Shown here in pieces: positions 1 to 13,061 of a stretch of DNA of 64,000 nt. Position 1 is the first letter of the stretch. Each line of letters starts with the position of its first letter. The DNA comes from Dimorphilus gyrociliatus. Lineage: Eukaryota; Animalia; Annelida. The position numbers and the translations under genes are program-made. The notes beneath the pieces were generated by a model. The model did not search any database, was not told the DNA's origin, and saw only the letters and a list, made by a program, of their open reading frames with translations. Location of the stretch: positions 124,001-188,000 of the forward strand of contig CAJFCJ010000010.1 of NCBI GenBank assembly GCA_904063045.1, read 5' to 3'.

Positions 1-323
1 AACGTTAGGTGGTGGGGGTGAAAAAAAAGGGGAGGGAAAATGGGAGTGTTGTAAAAGACGGAGGAGGGGGGGATAGGTGGGAGTGCTACAATATATATAA
101 ATTTATATATATGCAAGTAACAGGGGGACGGAATAGGCGGGAAAAGTTGTTATGGAAAAGAGCCTAACTGACGGGAAATGCGGGACATATTAAAGCCTAT
201 AAAAAGAAGAGTTTGAAGGGATCAATATTCGACGTATAAAGGCCGTCCATCATCGTTCTACCTAACAATAAGGGACGGAAAAGACAATTTTACCTTTCTT
301 TTTTATATATAAATAGGGTATAC

Positions 324-2457
324 TTAAAGCGTATTTTTATCGTATTTGTAAACACAGTCGCCTAAATCAAGAGTTTAGAAGGTGTAAAAAGGAGAGTGGA
401 TGAACGAAGATAGAGAGAGAGAGAGAAAAGTGAAGGAGAAGCGTTAAAATAAAAATTCTTAGTTTACTAGTAGAGAGTATTTGTAAGTTGTAAAGGAAAA
501 TTTTGGAGATTATTTCGGTCAATTTATTCTTTTATATATTGTTAAATAGATATTATATTAGAAAAAACTGGTATATAGTTTGGACTATTGCTAATTTGAA
601 TCGATAATTCTACTAATACTTAAAAGTCTTACTAATATAATAATCATAGTAATAATAGTAATAACAATAATACAGTATTAATAGGTTTGAAACTGATTCT
701 CTTTGATATATAGAATTTCGTTTAGGGTCAATTTTATCAGTATTCTTTAAAAACAAATACTATTTTTAGATTAGATGAAACTTATCGGGAATAGAGAAAT
801 ATGAAGCACGTGACTTCCACTCTACATACTTATAATAATCAGAGTATAAAAGTCATACATTGTTTACGCATATTGTGTATAGTAATATGACCAATATATA
901 ATACCGTACTAAGGGATAGTTTACACCTACCTATATAGACTCAACAAATATATAATCAAATTTAGTCACGTGACTCGGCTGTTACGATAGTTATAGATAA
1001 CATACGCTATATTTCCCACGTAGGCCTTTCTACATCATACTTATGTGTATAGCGTCTTGAATAGAGATTAAAAAAGAACCTGATCAATCATAAAACGGAA
1101 ATGTATGTCAACCTCTTCCCTATGGTGACAATTGCCTTAACCGCAAAACTAAATATAATCCCTGTTTCAAAGGAAAAAGGAAAAAGGAATATATAGAGAA
1201 GAACCAATTCCAATCCCCTTAGAACCAAGCGAAAAATCTCTATAGGTTTTGAAGAAGGTTAATTAAACGGTAAAAAAAAATATTTAAGTAGGTCATTCAA
1301 TTTTTACACTTTTATAGCGTACATTCAGTGACGACGGAATAGTCAGCATTCCAAAAAGAATTTCTGAAGAAACCGCATACTCTTTTCACGTGTTTATCTT
1401 ACCAGAAAACGAGTCTTTACAAGTTGTACGTATTACTATGGAACTATCAAGACTTTGAATAAACAAATTAATAAGACACGAAGTCGAGTGGAGAGGTGAA
1501 AGAGCTGGGAGAAACATAAAGAAGAAAACAAAGGAAAGAATATATACAAGGTGATTGCAATAATTTTTTCCCACTCCCTTAACTTAAGATAAAACACGCA
1601 TAAGATACGTCGTTAAGATACTGAACCATAGTAAATAAATATGCTACTCGACACAATTCATCATTATTCTTTATTCTTCGTCCCTACTATCGAAGGTATA
1701 CGATAGCTACATGTGCGTACAATGTATAATAGAAATGTGCGTATTTTCAAATAGACGCCAGCCTAAAAAGAATTTATGGGATGTCTGAAAAATCCATTTG
1801 GTTCTGTAGACCAGCTATTGCAGGAAAAGCGATAAGTTGTACTCACTCATTCGCACTGTAAAACTATATACGGGTAGCGTGTAATTGGGTATAATAATAT
1901 GCCTAAATGATTTTTATAAACACTAGTTTAATATTGATAAAGTATGACGTAGATGTGGGAAACTGCTTTAGAAGGAAGCTTATTAGGGCAGTGGTTAGTG
2001 AGAAATAAAGTACAAATCACAGTAAATTATAGTATTATACACATAAATAAATACGTGTACAGTATTTATAAGATAATTTACAAATTGTAAGTTTATTAAT
2101 AATATAAGCAAAAAGAGAAAAGAATGGAATATATGTAACCCAATTACTAATTTCAATTTATTTTGTATAATAATTAAGGTTGATGAGGGATTCAATTCGA
2201 TTTAATTATATTCATAATCAGGCCTTATTTACATCCGACACATATCGTAACAGCTCGTCATTAATAGTACAATTTGTATATATATGTATACTTCTAAATA
2301 TAGGCTGTGGTTGAATAATTACTTAAAAAACGGTATTCTGTTGATAAACTTATTATATTTCAAGTATAGTAAAGGGAACAGACTACCGTTACTTATGTTA
2401 CATCTGTTCACGTTACAAACAGTAAGGGAAAGTTTGAAGAGAAGGAGGAAGAATTGA

Positions 2458-2488
<31 letters not shown>

Positions 2489-2675
2489 AATAATGAAAAA
2501 GAAAGGAAGGATAATTTAGTATTTTATGTATATAGATAAAATGTAATATATACAAAATATGGTAATTAGTTTACTCACCAACTATCCTTGTTCTTCTTCC
2601 TATTTCAATATTACTTTTATCGCATGTTTTAGTGAGTTTATAAGTTGAATAACTTCCGATTACACAAGTCATCAT
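324..2675 (-). CDS. Possible small spliced gene of unknown function (about 78 aa), or the 5' exons of a gene continuing left of the window
   Basis: Exon 2675-2579 runs from ATG (MMTCVIGSYSTYKLTKTCDKSNIEIGRRTRIV) to a GTGAGT donor. Exon 1504-1403 has a strong polypyrimidine/CAG acceptor and a GTAAG donor, and is phase 1-1 and open. A possible last exon at 361-324 (GDCVYKYDKNTL*) follows a pyrimidine tract. No homology recognised. Confidence 0.3.
2459..2484. repeat. (GA)n microsatellite
   Basis: Perfect GA dinucleotide run, directly visible. Confidence 0.95.
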
Positions 2676-2885
2676 TTTGAATCAAAGTATCTTTTTTTGT
2701 ATAGATGGGAAGTTGAATAAAAATGACTACTAAGTAAAGTTTTTATTTCTCTTCTCGGTCTTCTTAACGATGTGTTTAGGTTGAAAGAGTTTAAAAATTT
2801 ATCTCTTTTACCCGATAGCTATTTACAAGAGGTAGAACGTTCGATTTCAATGAATTTTTAATGGAATACAATTTATATTGTTCAA

Positions 2886-2950
2886 CGAACGCGGCCGCCG
2901 CCGAATCGATTGTAAGGCGCCGATTCTTCTTCTTAGGCGCGCATGCGCAG
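2886..2950. promoter_or_regulatory. CpG-rich promoter-like island with an NRF1-type site
   Basis: GC/CpG-rich patch in AT-rich DNA, with GCGCATGCGC at 2939-2948, about 260 bp upstream of the minus-strand ATG at 2675. Confidence 0.5.
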
Positions 2951-3942
2951 TCGAATACGCTGCCAGCGTACTAGTGCTTCCATCTCTCATCGACTAGGCC
3001 TACCGCTAAAAACCACCAAAATACTAAGCTAAACACGGTAGCATTTGTTGCTTAGTAATCTATTTGATATAAGATTCATTCGAATGACTCACATGTGTTA
3101 ACATAAGATTTTAGTCACCTTTCCGCTTTTCAAAAAGTGATTTAGATGTCTATTAATGATACCAATTCAAGGTTATTTTCCCTCTTCACCTCTCAGTGAC
3201 GTTATCATTATTTTCTTTTCATACTGTTGTTTCTTCAAAATAGACAAGATAGAAGAGGAATGAAAATTGCTTACGTCTTAAGAATGTAACGAAACGTCCT
3301 TTTTTCAAATGAAAGAAGCGTAAATGACGCCCATTTTCGTATTTAGAGGTATGCGATTGAGATGATTAAGAACATTCTTTACCAATGATAAAAACGGCTG
3401 ACAGATGTACAGGGGTAAAACAGCATTCTGAAAGGAGGAATGCACATGCCTAGTAAAGCAGTCGATGCCCTTTTATTTAAACATCAAAAACAACAACATA
3501 AAAAAGAAGAAGGAATGAGACATAGCACCTGTTTCAAAAGTGCATTTCTTCGGGAAAAAAACAAATAAATAACCTTGATATAGTAAGGTTAATTTTCCTT
3601 TAGATTGATTGATTACTAGGAAGTAGCTTAGAGGGAGGTCTAGTCGCTTTGTTATATAATTCACAGCTTAAAAACGCATCCTTTCAACTCCCCGAAAATA
3701 TATTTCATTTCAAACGCCTACAATACTGATTAATCTATCGGAAATAGACTCCTTGTTTATAGTGTATTAAATATTTAAATTATAGTTTTCTTTTCTATTC
3801 TATTTCTTGACTATTTAGAATGTCATTATCGTTTGTACTTAATACGTGATATTATTTTTATATGCTATATATGCTATATATATATACATTATATATATAT
3901 ATATATACTGTATACATTTATATATATATGTATTTTATATAC

Positions 3943-5812
3943 CTACATAGTTATACTATTGTCATAAGATCTGGGAAATGGCACAATATCTTTTATATTC
4001 TTTATTCCAGTTAGGGCTTGCAGGAAACGATCGAAACCTATTCCCAATCCACAATGTGGAACTGAACCGAATCTTCGCAGATCCAAGTACCATTCAAAGG
4101 CTTCAATATTCTTAATACCACTTTCTTCCATGTTTCTCTTTAAATTATCAATGTTATCTTCTCTAACGCTTCCGCCACATACTTCACCCACATGCGGATA
4201 AAGAAGATCAACATTCTTTACGGTCTTACCATCGACGTTTCTTTTCATGTAGAATGGTTTCAAAGCGATAGGATATTCTTCAACAAATACGGGACATTGA
4301 TTACAATGGCTTACTAGGAACCTTTCGTGTTCCTTTCCAAAATCTTCTCCCCATTTTGGGACGTAATCAAACTGTTTTCTATGCTTCTGTAAGATTTCGA
4401 CAGCTTCTGTATACGTCATGCTATTCCATGGAGAATATATGATTATCAACTACAAGCCAGGCACTTAGAATAGAAAAAACAGTCATCTTACCCCTGATAG
4501 CTCTCTTTTGCAATTGCATCGACAGTTTTCATTAAATCCTCGACTTCGCTATGTTTCCATAAATATTTCAAATCCTTTTCATGCTTATCAATCAAGTTAT
4601 CAACCGTTTCGCTTAGTAAGGCGTCCACAAGATCTGTTACTTCGTGAAGGTCATCACAAAATGCCATCTCAATTTCGAGCATATAAAACTCTGACAAGTG
4701 ATGGCGAGTCTTACTATGGTCCGCTCTTAAAATAGGACCAAAAGTAAAAACTTTTGGTATAGCGCTAAATTAGAAATATAGAATTAAGTTAAGAATCATA
4801 TTAATATTCTATTATAAGTTACAGTAAACTTTTAACATGAAAAAAGTGTACTTACTGCGAAAGAGCTTCAAGGTGAAATTGGGCAGATACGGTTAAAAAT
4901 GACGGCTTATCAAAAAATTCTTTATTTTCATGAGCTACAGCTTTAAAAACATATCCAGCACCTTCGCAATCATTCGTTGTCATAATTGGTGTATGCACTT
5001 CGTAAAATCCCTCATCCTTTATTGATAAATTAATAGTTAACAAACTTAGTTACGCCTATTTCAAGGTCACTTCTTTCAGATACCGTTAAATAGGATCTTA
5101 AATCTCGACTAGCTTCGTGGCGAAGTCTCAGAACAGTACCATCAAATTTATTTCTAGGTCTTAAGTGTTGAAATTGCCTTCTATATTCAATATCATGCAT
5201 TTTCTTTGATTTGAATGGATAGGCCTATTGTTTGTGAAAAAGGAAAATGATATATTTTTATTGCAAATAACAAATATTATGTAGTAATAAGCTACCTCTG
5301 GATCGCAAGAACCCAAAACTTTTACTTCTTCAACGCTTAATTCAACCTCTTGCTTGTCATAAGGACTCCTAACTAAACGACCTTTTGCCTCAACACTACT
5401 TCCATACGTTAAGTTGCTAATAAAGATAAATTTCATAACGATTAAGTGCTACCGATGGCAATAAGCTAGAAATTCTAGATAGTATAAAACTAACGGAATC
5501 GGAAGATCGTCTAAGGCGACTATCTGCAGGTCATCGGTTGTTGTTCCATCTTGTAAATGGAGAAAGGTGACATTCTTGTGCTTTCTTATTGAAGAGATCC
5601 ATCCCTAAGAAAGCAAAAACAAAATGACTCAATCTCTTGAGAAGTCAGTCTTCGTATTTCATACTAACCCTAACAACAACGTCTTCTGTAGGAGGGTTTT
5701 CATTTAACGATTGAACAACTGTGCATATCTTTGGTTCTCTAACCATAAAAGAGGATGTATCTGTGCAAAAGCGTCGTGTTGTCGTTAAGCATTTCCGAAG
5801 TAGACGAAACAT
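3943..5812 (-). CDS. NARS2: Mitochondrial asparaginyl-tRNA synthetase (multi-exon)
   Basis: N-terminal targeting-like [17 protein letters not shown]-fold start [52 protein letters not shown], motif 3 [12 protein letters not shown] and IKDIVPFPR. Exons join in frame at GT-AG introns. Confidence 0.93.
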
Positions 5813-7390
5813 TCTTGATAAAATAATAATAATAGATGTTATCTACCATTTCATGTGGGAACTGTTTTACTTTAAATGTAACATAATCCACTGACAATTG
5901 AATTTTACTATATCGCTCAATTCTACATTCTATAATGATAACAACCAATATACAAAAAGAATACCTTATAAAACCATGAATATATCCCTAACTATATGAT
6001 CTAAGAAAAATTTTAAATGACTAATAGCAAATCGTTCAGGTCTTTTTTTATAATCTTTTCAGAATGACACTAAGGATGAAAATAAAAATCGAATATGATT
6101 CCAATTGAAGACATCGCATTCTCCCGTTTTTTTTTACTGAACAGCAACTTGAAACAATGAAATTATCTTTATTGTTTCCCTAATAAGTCAGCTGATTCGT
6201 AACGGAAATTTTTGGTTTTATTTTTCATAATATATTGCTCCACTTTTCTTTTTTTAGATCTATTTGATATTGACCTACTTCTTTAATGGACGTAACAATT
6301 TAATAAATATCATCGGTAAAGCTAAATTATCCAGATACACCCTCTTCTCTCTTCTATACTATCGAAAAGTGTGCATCTTCTATTAATAAGCTTTCTATTT
6401 CGAATCAAAAAGCGAGGCGAAACTGTAACTGTTTAGTAACAAAAAGTCAACTAAAAGAATTACAGTAGAAATGCCACATAATTTCATAGAATTTATGGTC
6501 AATTTATTATTAAATTGAAATTAAACAGACCCATAAAAGTGATCAAATTAAAAACAACTATTTTATTATAAATACCCCTGTAATAATTCAATAAATCATC
6601 TACCATTGTTTGTAAACGACAAACTGAGAAAGAATGGCACTTTTTACCGTTTGTTTGAGAATCTTAATAAAAAAAGTCTAGCAAATAAACTTAAAAGAGG
6701 AAATCCAATGTAAAGCTTACAACATACAGACATTTAATCATAGCCTGAAAAAACGTGATAAGTTTTGATTGACACTTTTCACTTTTCATCATAAGTGTTG
6801 TTTCTTTTAAATATAAAAGTATTCCAATTTGCTGTAAAACTAAATGTAAAAGATACTATCTGCTAAAATATATATGATTATTTTACTTCTATCTTAGATA
6901 GGGTATATCGGTCATTCAACTTTCTATATCCAAAGAAAACAACCTAAAGCTCTGTTCTTCTCCCTCCCCTCCCTTCCTTATTTCTTTATATTTGTAGAAA
7001 TATTCTTCCTTTAGTCTAAATATTTTGAAAGTAATAAAAGTAAAACTATTAATGATATTCTAAAAAAAATAATAAGAAAATTGCATTCCTCTTTACTCAT
7101 TCTTCGTCTATTTTTATTATTCTTTATATTCGTTTGTTGCGTCAAAGTCATATAAAGAGGAAGAGTTGAGGTTGTAAAATTATATTTAAACGACTTTATA
7201 GTCTGGTCTAACCTTGAAAAGCATATTTGATGTATTAAATAAAAAATATATACATCTTTTTCATTCTTAATGCTGTTTTTTTTTAAATAAAAAAACAAAT
7301 ATGAAGAAAATATCAATGGATGATACTTTTTTAAGAGTTTCATAACAATAAAAAGTTTATATTTTCTTCTTACGTTTTGCTAAACTTTAT

Positions 7391-7904
7391 TTATTTTCCT
7401 TTAAATTGGTCTTCTAATTGTTTTTGCCTTTTGTCTTCCAAAAACATTATTGTATCCTTTATTGCTTTTAACTGTTGGGATAACATTTGCAATTTAATGC
7501 ATAAACCGATAGATATTTTATAAACTATTAACAAAATTCATTCGATTGCTTACATTTTCAGCACTATCTGGAGGATATAATTCTTTCTGTGACAAGAAAT
7601 AAAAAGAAACAAGAAAATGTAGCCTTTTTTTGCTTTTTCGCATATTTCATTTGTTACAAACGTACCCTTTTTTTAACAGTCCATTCTTCGAAGAATTCGG
7701 GTTGATTATATAACCAAAAAACGGTAATTGGGAATGCCATATATATACTCATCTGTACGCAAGAAAAAGTGTGCAACGCAATTAATGATCCAATCGAAAT
7801 TAGGAAAATTGTTCAATAATATTAGTGATGTTGGAAAAGCATACAACTATTTTTTGAAATGAAATATTAGTAACCTTTAAAGCTTCTAATCTCCAATTTC
7901 CCAT
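7391..7904 (-). CDS. PET100: PET100 cytochrome c oxidase assembly factor (76 aa, 4 exons)
   Basis: Exons 7904-7875, 7752-7666, 7586-7554 and 7471-7391 splice in phase 0 to give MGNWRLEALKMSIYMAFPITVFWLYNQPEFFEEWTVKKRKELYPPDSAENLKAIKDTIMFLEDKRQKQLEDQFKGK. This matches the PET100 pattern (LE..M..Y..FP...FW..NQ.E.FE....RK.ELWPP). Confidence 0.9.
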
Positions 7905-8100
7905 GATGAAAAAGTAGTAAATTATATTGTAAATATGAAAAGTTCTCTATAAATTTTCAAGGAGACCAAAATTTTAGCGATCAAGATACCATACTATAAT
8001 TACGAATTTTTCTAGAAGTGAATTTCGATAGTTCAGTATCTTTGATTGTTATTCGTAACTATATACAGAAAAACACTTGACATGCTTTGATAAAGAAAAA

Positions 8101-11100
8101 ATGCCCGTAACTTATAAAGTAATCAATTTAACTAAATTTTTATTAACTAATCCTAATAATTAAATTGGTTTCTTTAGTTATTAAAGGAGAGATCAACAGG
8201 AGAATTGGATATTATTGAATATCTCGATTTAACATCAGCAGGAATAGGTAGGCCTAATTGTTTTAAAAAATTGTATATTTTGATTATATATTAATAATTT
8301 CTATTATCTTTTGTCAAAATGATATTAAAAACCAAAAGCTTATATTGATGAATTGGATTTTTGTTCAAATTTGAAATATCTAGATGTTAAAGGGAATAGT
8401 ATTGATATTGTAACAAACTTAGAGTCTTGTACCGAATTGTGGCATTTGGACCTTTCCTGCAATCAGGTAGGTATACTTTATGATAATTAATTAATAGAGA
8501 AAAAAAATAATGTTAATCTTATTGCAAAAAGATAAGAAACGTTGATTCTCTATCGGATTTTGTTGCTTTTGGTTGTTTAAAACTAAATAATAATAGGTTA
8601 AACTGGAAAAATTTGGAAAAAATAAGAGGTTGCCATATAATAAGCTTAACACTTCAAGCTAATCCTTTAGAAAAGGATCCTCATTGTAAGAATTAAAAAT
8701 TTTGCTATTAATATACTATATTATGTAATATTATATATTATTCTTTATCAGATAGAAAACACGTGATAGATTGTTTCCCGTATCTATGGATGTTGGATGG
8801 AATATTTATTACAGGTATTTAAAATATATAGGCTATTATTGACAGGTAATATTTTAATTAATCTTACTTAACAAACAGCTGCTGAAAGAGAATACGTTTT
8901 CAATTTCTTTGAAAAGTCGGCATTATCTAAAAAACCAATTGTAATAAGATATCTTTAATACCTTTACTTTATTAAATAAATAGAATAAACAATCTATTTC
9001 TATTCTAGAGACATAAACTGTTACCATGGAAATTGAAAACTTTCTCATCAACCCATCAATCAAATTTAAATCATGGGATATTGGCAAATGAATATTTTAA
9101 GAATTTTCCACCTAAGGATATGTGCCATAATCATAGTGTGTATACATTTCATTACTATTTATTAATATTACATAATCCTAATGCTTTTCGTTTTCTTCTT
9201 CAATATAATAGTTATAGATATTAAAAAACTAAAATATATGATCAATGATACAGCACAGTATTTCGTAACAAAAGCCAGGTTTTTACTTTTTGCCTATAAT
9301 TAATAAATAGCCCTGTTTTCATTTCTCTCTACATTCAATTGTTTTTATTATAGAACTGGAACATTGGCGGAATTTTCTATCAACGAACTACCTGAATATA
9401 TGGATAATTTCTTTGAATTAATGATAACAACCCCAAAGTATTGGACATTGTTAATAACTACTATTCATGTAATATAATAACTAATGATATACAAAATTTA
9501 TAAATTCTTTCTACTATTTCATAGATATCGCTATGGTTCAATATTCCATTGGTCTGCTATGACAATATCTTTACAATGTTACACTTAAATGATAGGTAAC
9601 AATAATTAGCTTTATTGATTGAGTAGTATATTTTAATTAATGAATTATTTGCCATATTTTAGTGATTTGGATTTCAATACCATATTTAAATATCCTAAAG
9701 AGATCAGAGTATTAATAGGTGTTTTTCTCTTCAATTTAGTGAAAATTAAGAGAGACTCCGGCCAGGTTAGTTAATCAACTCCATTCACGCAATTATAATC
9801 AATAGTGTTTTTAATATGTTTTTTTATTAGAAGATGGATGTAAACGATAGGCTTTATACAACTTTATTCTATTCTAGTCTTATTCAATTTAAACTGTATA
9901 ATAAAGCAAAAAAGTGCTTGAACAAGGAGGATATGATTATGTAAATTTTGTTTTTGAATAAATATAGAAGTGTATAAGATATTTAATAGAAAATATTTCA
10001 GAGTTGAGAGGATTAAGAAATCTCTTGCTATTGAATTTTTGCCTTTATTCACCAACAGTTCGGTCTGCTTAAACCAAATTGAGGAGAGTAAAGGTAAATA
10101 TCTTCAATGTTGTGTACTCTCTTATAAGTTTGTGTTTAAGAGATATCGTCTTTACAGGTATTCAAGCCCTTGTATCTTCCGCTCTTGGGACTTTGGCGAC
10201 TAATCGAATTGAAAAACTTATTCAATCAATTCGTCAAAAGGTTGGATATTGATATAGAATAAGAGTCTTCTTCTTTTTTTCTTTTTTATATAAACTAAAT
10301 TTTGCCCTTCCTTCAATATTTAGGTTGAAGAGCATGAGATAATCTCAATCTTACATCAAACAGGATTGGCAATATGTCAAATATGTTTAAAAATCATATC
10401 TGATTTATCTTTAAAGGATATACAACCAAAATCAATTAATGTATATATCATTTATACTATTGTATATTTGCACACACCAAAGTATGAATTTTTACATAGA
10501 GACGATTCAATATCTATTTAAATAGTAACAATAAAAATTCAATAAGGCGTCTCTTTTTGCAAAAGAGACATTTTAAAGTTCAACCTTTAGTAGTACTACC
10601 TCTTTACGAAATAAATTTACAACAACGCGCCCCTTAGGAGTACTTAGTCCAAAAATACACAGTGTATATAATAGTATAGTACGTTGTACTTTGTAGAAAT
10701 TCATAATTTGGTGTATGCACGGTATATTTAACATAAAGATTACGAATAATATTTAATAGCCATTTCCTTTTTTTCCTATTTTGATTCGTAGAATGGAATT
10801 ATTAAATCAAAGAAAAGATTGATTGAAGCTATTCAAAAGTCAAATTATCACGAATCTGGTCTTAGTTTTCCAGAAAAGCCAGACAACGAAGTATGTCTTA
10901 ATGTTGAAAAATATTGCAGAAAATTTCCAGGTTCCTTAAAATTATAATACATTTTAAATGATCCTAATCAACTAACGTAAATTTCCGCTAACTCGTCTAG
11001 CCATTGGTGATAAGATAATGCTAGCTGCTCAGCAACTTGGGGTAATTTTGGCACTACCCGAACCTTTTAGGGCTATTGCCCAAAGAGATACTGTTTTGGC

Positions 11101-12508
11101 AGCTAGCGGAGGAATAACTAAACCGAAGGATTCCGATGATTATTGCATAACTATTAACATGAATAATTACAAATTCGACAACGATCTAATGGTTTGGAGA
11201 AAGGCGAATAGTCTTGGAGATAAAATAGATTATTGCATAATAAAAAAGAAATCCGATATTTCAGAATCAGTGGAAAAAGATAATATTTTAAAAGATAATT
11301 ATATACATACTTGGAATTATTTAGTTGAAGAAAAAATTGGTTTTTACAGTAATTTCGATACTCTTTTAGAACCATATGAAAATAATAAATTACAAGATGT
11401 AAGTCATATTGAGAAATATATATTAGGCAGTAATGAAGAGGAAGAAAAAACTGAATTAACTGATGAAAATCAATCAACACATATATCCATTTCACCCCAC
11501 CGATTTCCCACTAGCACAAAGGTATTGCTCAGCTAATGATTTTATACAGTTTCTTTTTTATATTTATTCGTCAATTCGATATCAATTTCTATAGTCAGCT
11601 AGAACTCCAAGACTTAGCGCAAGATCCTCGAAATGTTCAAGGTTAGACAAAGTTAATTACTGCACATATATGTAACTATTAATTTTTTCTATTTTTAGAC
11701 CTTCAACAGCATCTTCAAAATGGCCTAAAACTTCCACTAAAATCGATAATGAGTAAGAATTATGACTGAATCTAACTTTAACATAAAAAACGTCTCTATA
11801 AACAAAAAATACTTATTTAGAAAAGAAAGTGAAACGCTTTTAGTTCAAGGCAAAAAATTGTCAGATGTTGGCCCTCCGCTAACTCCTCAAACTCCTAGAA
11901 AACCTATAGAAATTGATGTAAAAACGGATGTTTCCGACGATGTTTCTCTCTATCAACAGATGACGGCCGAATCTTGGACTAATAAAGAAGTATTAAGAGG
12001 TTGTGTCAACTAATCATGGTATACGCATTATCCTAATAAATTTGAGAATTTGCTTAAACAGTACCCACAGCTTCCATCGTTTTGGATACAAAATGTGACA
12101 GCAGTAGAAGAAATGATGATTGCTTATGGGATAAACGAGGCTTTTTATCGGTGGCTCATGCATCAAAATGGCTGGCCGCTGGAAGAGATATATCGCAGAA
12201 GGAAATTGCTAAGGAACATGTTCCCGGTTATTTATCGTCTAGACCGGATTCTAGGTAAATTTCTATTAACATTCAGCATAGATATCGATTAAACACATTC
12301 TTTACAGTTTATCAATTTCGAGTGTAAATCGACGATTAGAAGCATTAAGCCCGAGAACTAGTAATTTTTATATAAAAAATAGCCCATTAAGTATCCAAAT
12401 TCATTGATTTTCTTCTACTTATAGCAACCAAAAATGGCATATATCAACCATTTGTTGGAAAGTAAGTTTACTATAAGCTCTCCTACTTTATATAGATTAA
12501 TTAATTGA
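8101..12508 (+). CDS. Leucine-rich-repeat protein (SDS22-like LRRs plus LRR cap) with a long uncharacterised C-terminus
   Basis: Spliced start MPVTYK|LLKERSTGELDIIEYLDLTSAGI. LRRs include NLKYLDVKGNSI and ELWHLDLSCNQI. The LRRcap-like segment is LQANPLEKDPHYRKHVIDCFPYLWMLDG. There are many short GT-AG introns. The last exons were chained by phase to a stop at 12506-12508, and the middle exons were not all traced. Confidence 0.7.
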
Positions 12509-13061
12509 ATTCAATTTAACAGAAAGTATGTGAAGCGCCCTCTTACGGCTCAAGTGGTAAATGCATGGCCAAAAATGAAAGTAGAATGGATATGTGGTGA
12601 TTGTGTCAGTGATTTTAAGATTACAAATAATCCAAGTAAATAATTTTTTCCTATTAATTCGTGAGTACTTTCTGAAAACTATAATTTCGTTTGAATTCCA
12701 TTTTTTATTCATATCATTCAAACTGACTTGAATAAATTATTCTTTTAAAAAAGAGATTTTAAGATGATAAAGACATTTTTATTCATTAAAATTTTCTCCA
12801 AACAACAAACCTGTATTTACTATTTTTTAGCTAAAAACTGCACAAATATATGTTTTAAAACAAGGGAGAGAGAGGGGGAGGGGGAAGAAATGGCAATTAA
12901 AGTCAAAAAATAGAAGCTGTCCACTACACATTTAAAATTTTCTAAAGTTTGTCATCAACAAACTAATTGCAATAGGTGGATTTTTTTAATACAAGTATAT
13001 ATGAAATTAGATTCCATTTAGAATCCGAATCTCACTTTTATCCAATGTTTTCTAGAGAGAC

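Noticed and set aside
3361-3432. C/D-box-like pattern ATGATTA...CTGA...CTGA of about 70 nt
   Set aside because: Imperfect C box and no terminal stem. The only rRNA-like complement (GGGTAAAAC) is not adjacent to a D box, and it is not in a clear host intron.
7011-7343. 110-aa minus-strand ORF downstream of PET100
   Set aside because: AT-rich, K/N/F/I-biased composition typical of non-coding DNA, with no recognisable motif. Likely 3' UTR or intergenic.
12050-12292. 80-aa ORF in a second frame over an LRR-gene exon (possible dual coding)
   Set aside because: The flanking splice phases select the other frame (VPTASIVLD...), which chains through three more exons. The track ORF has no ATG at its start and may be open by chance.
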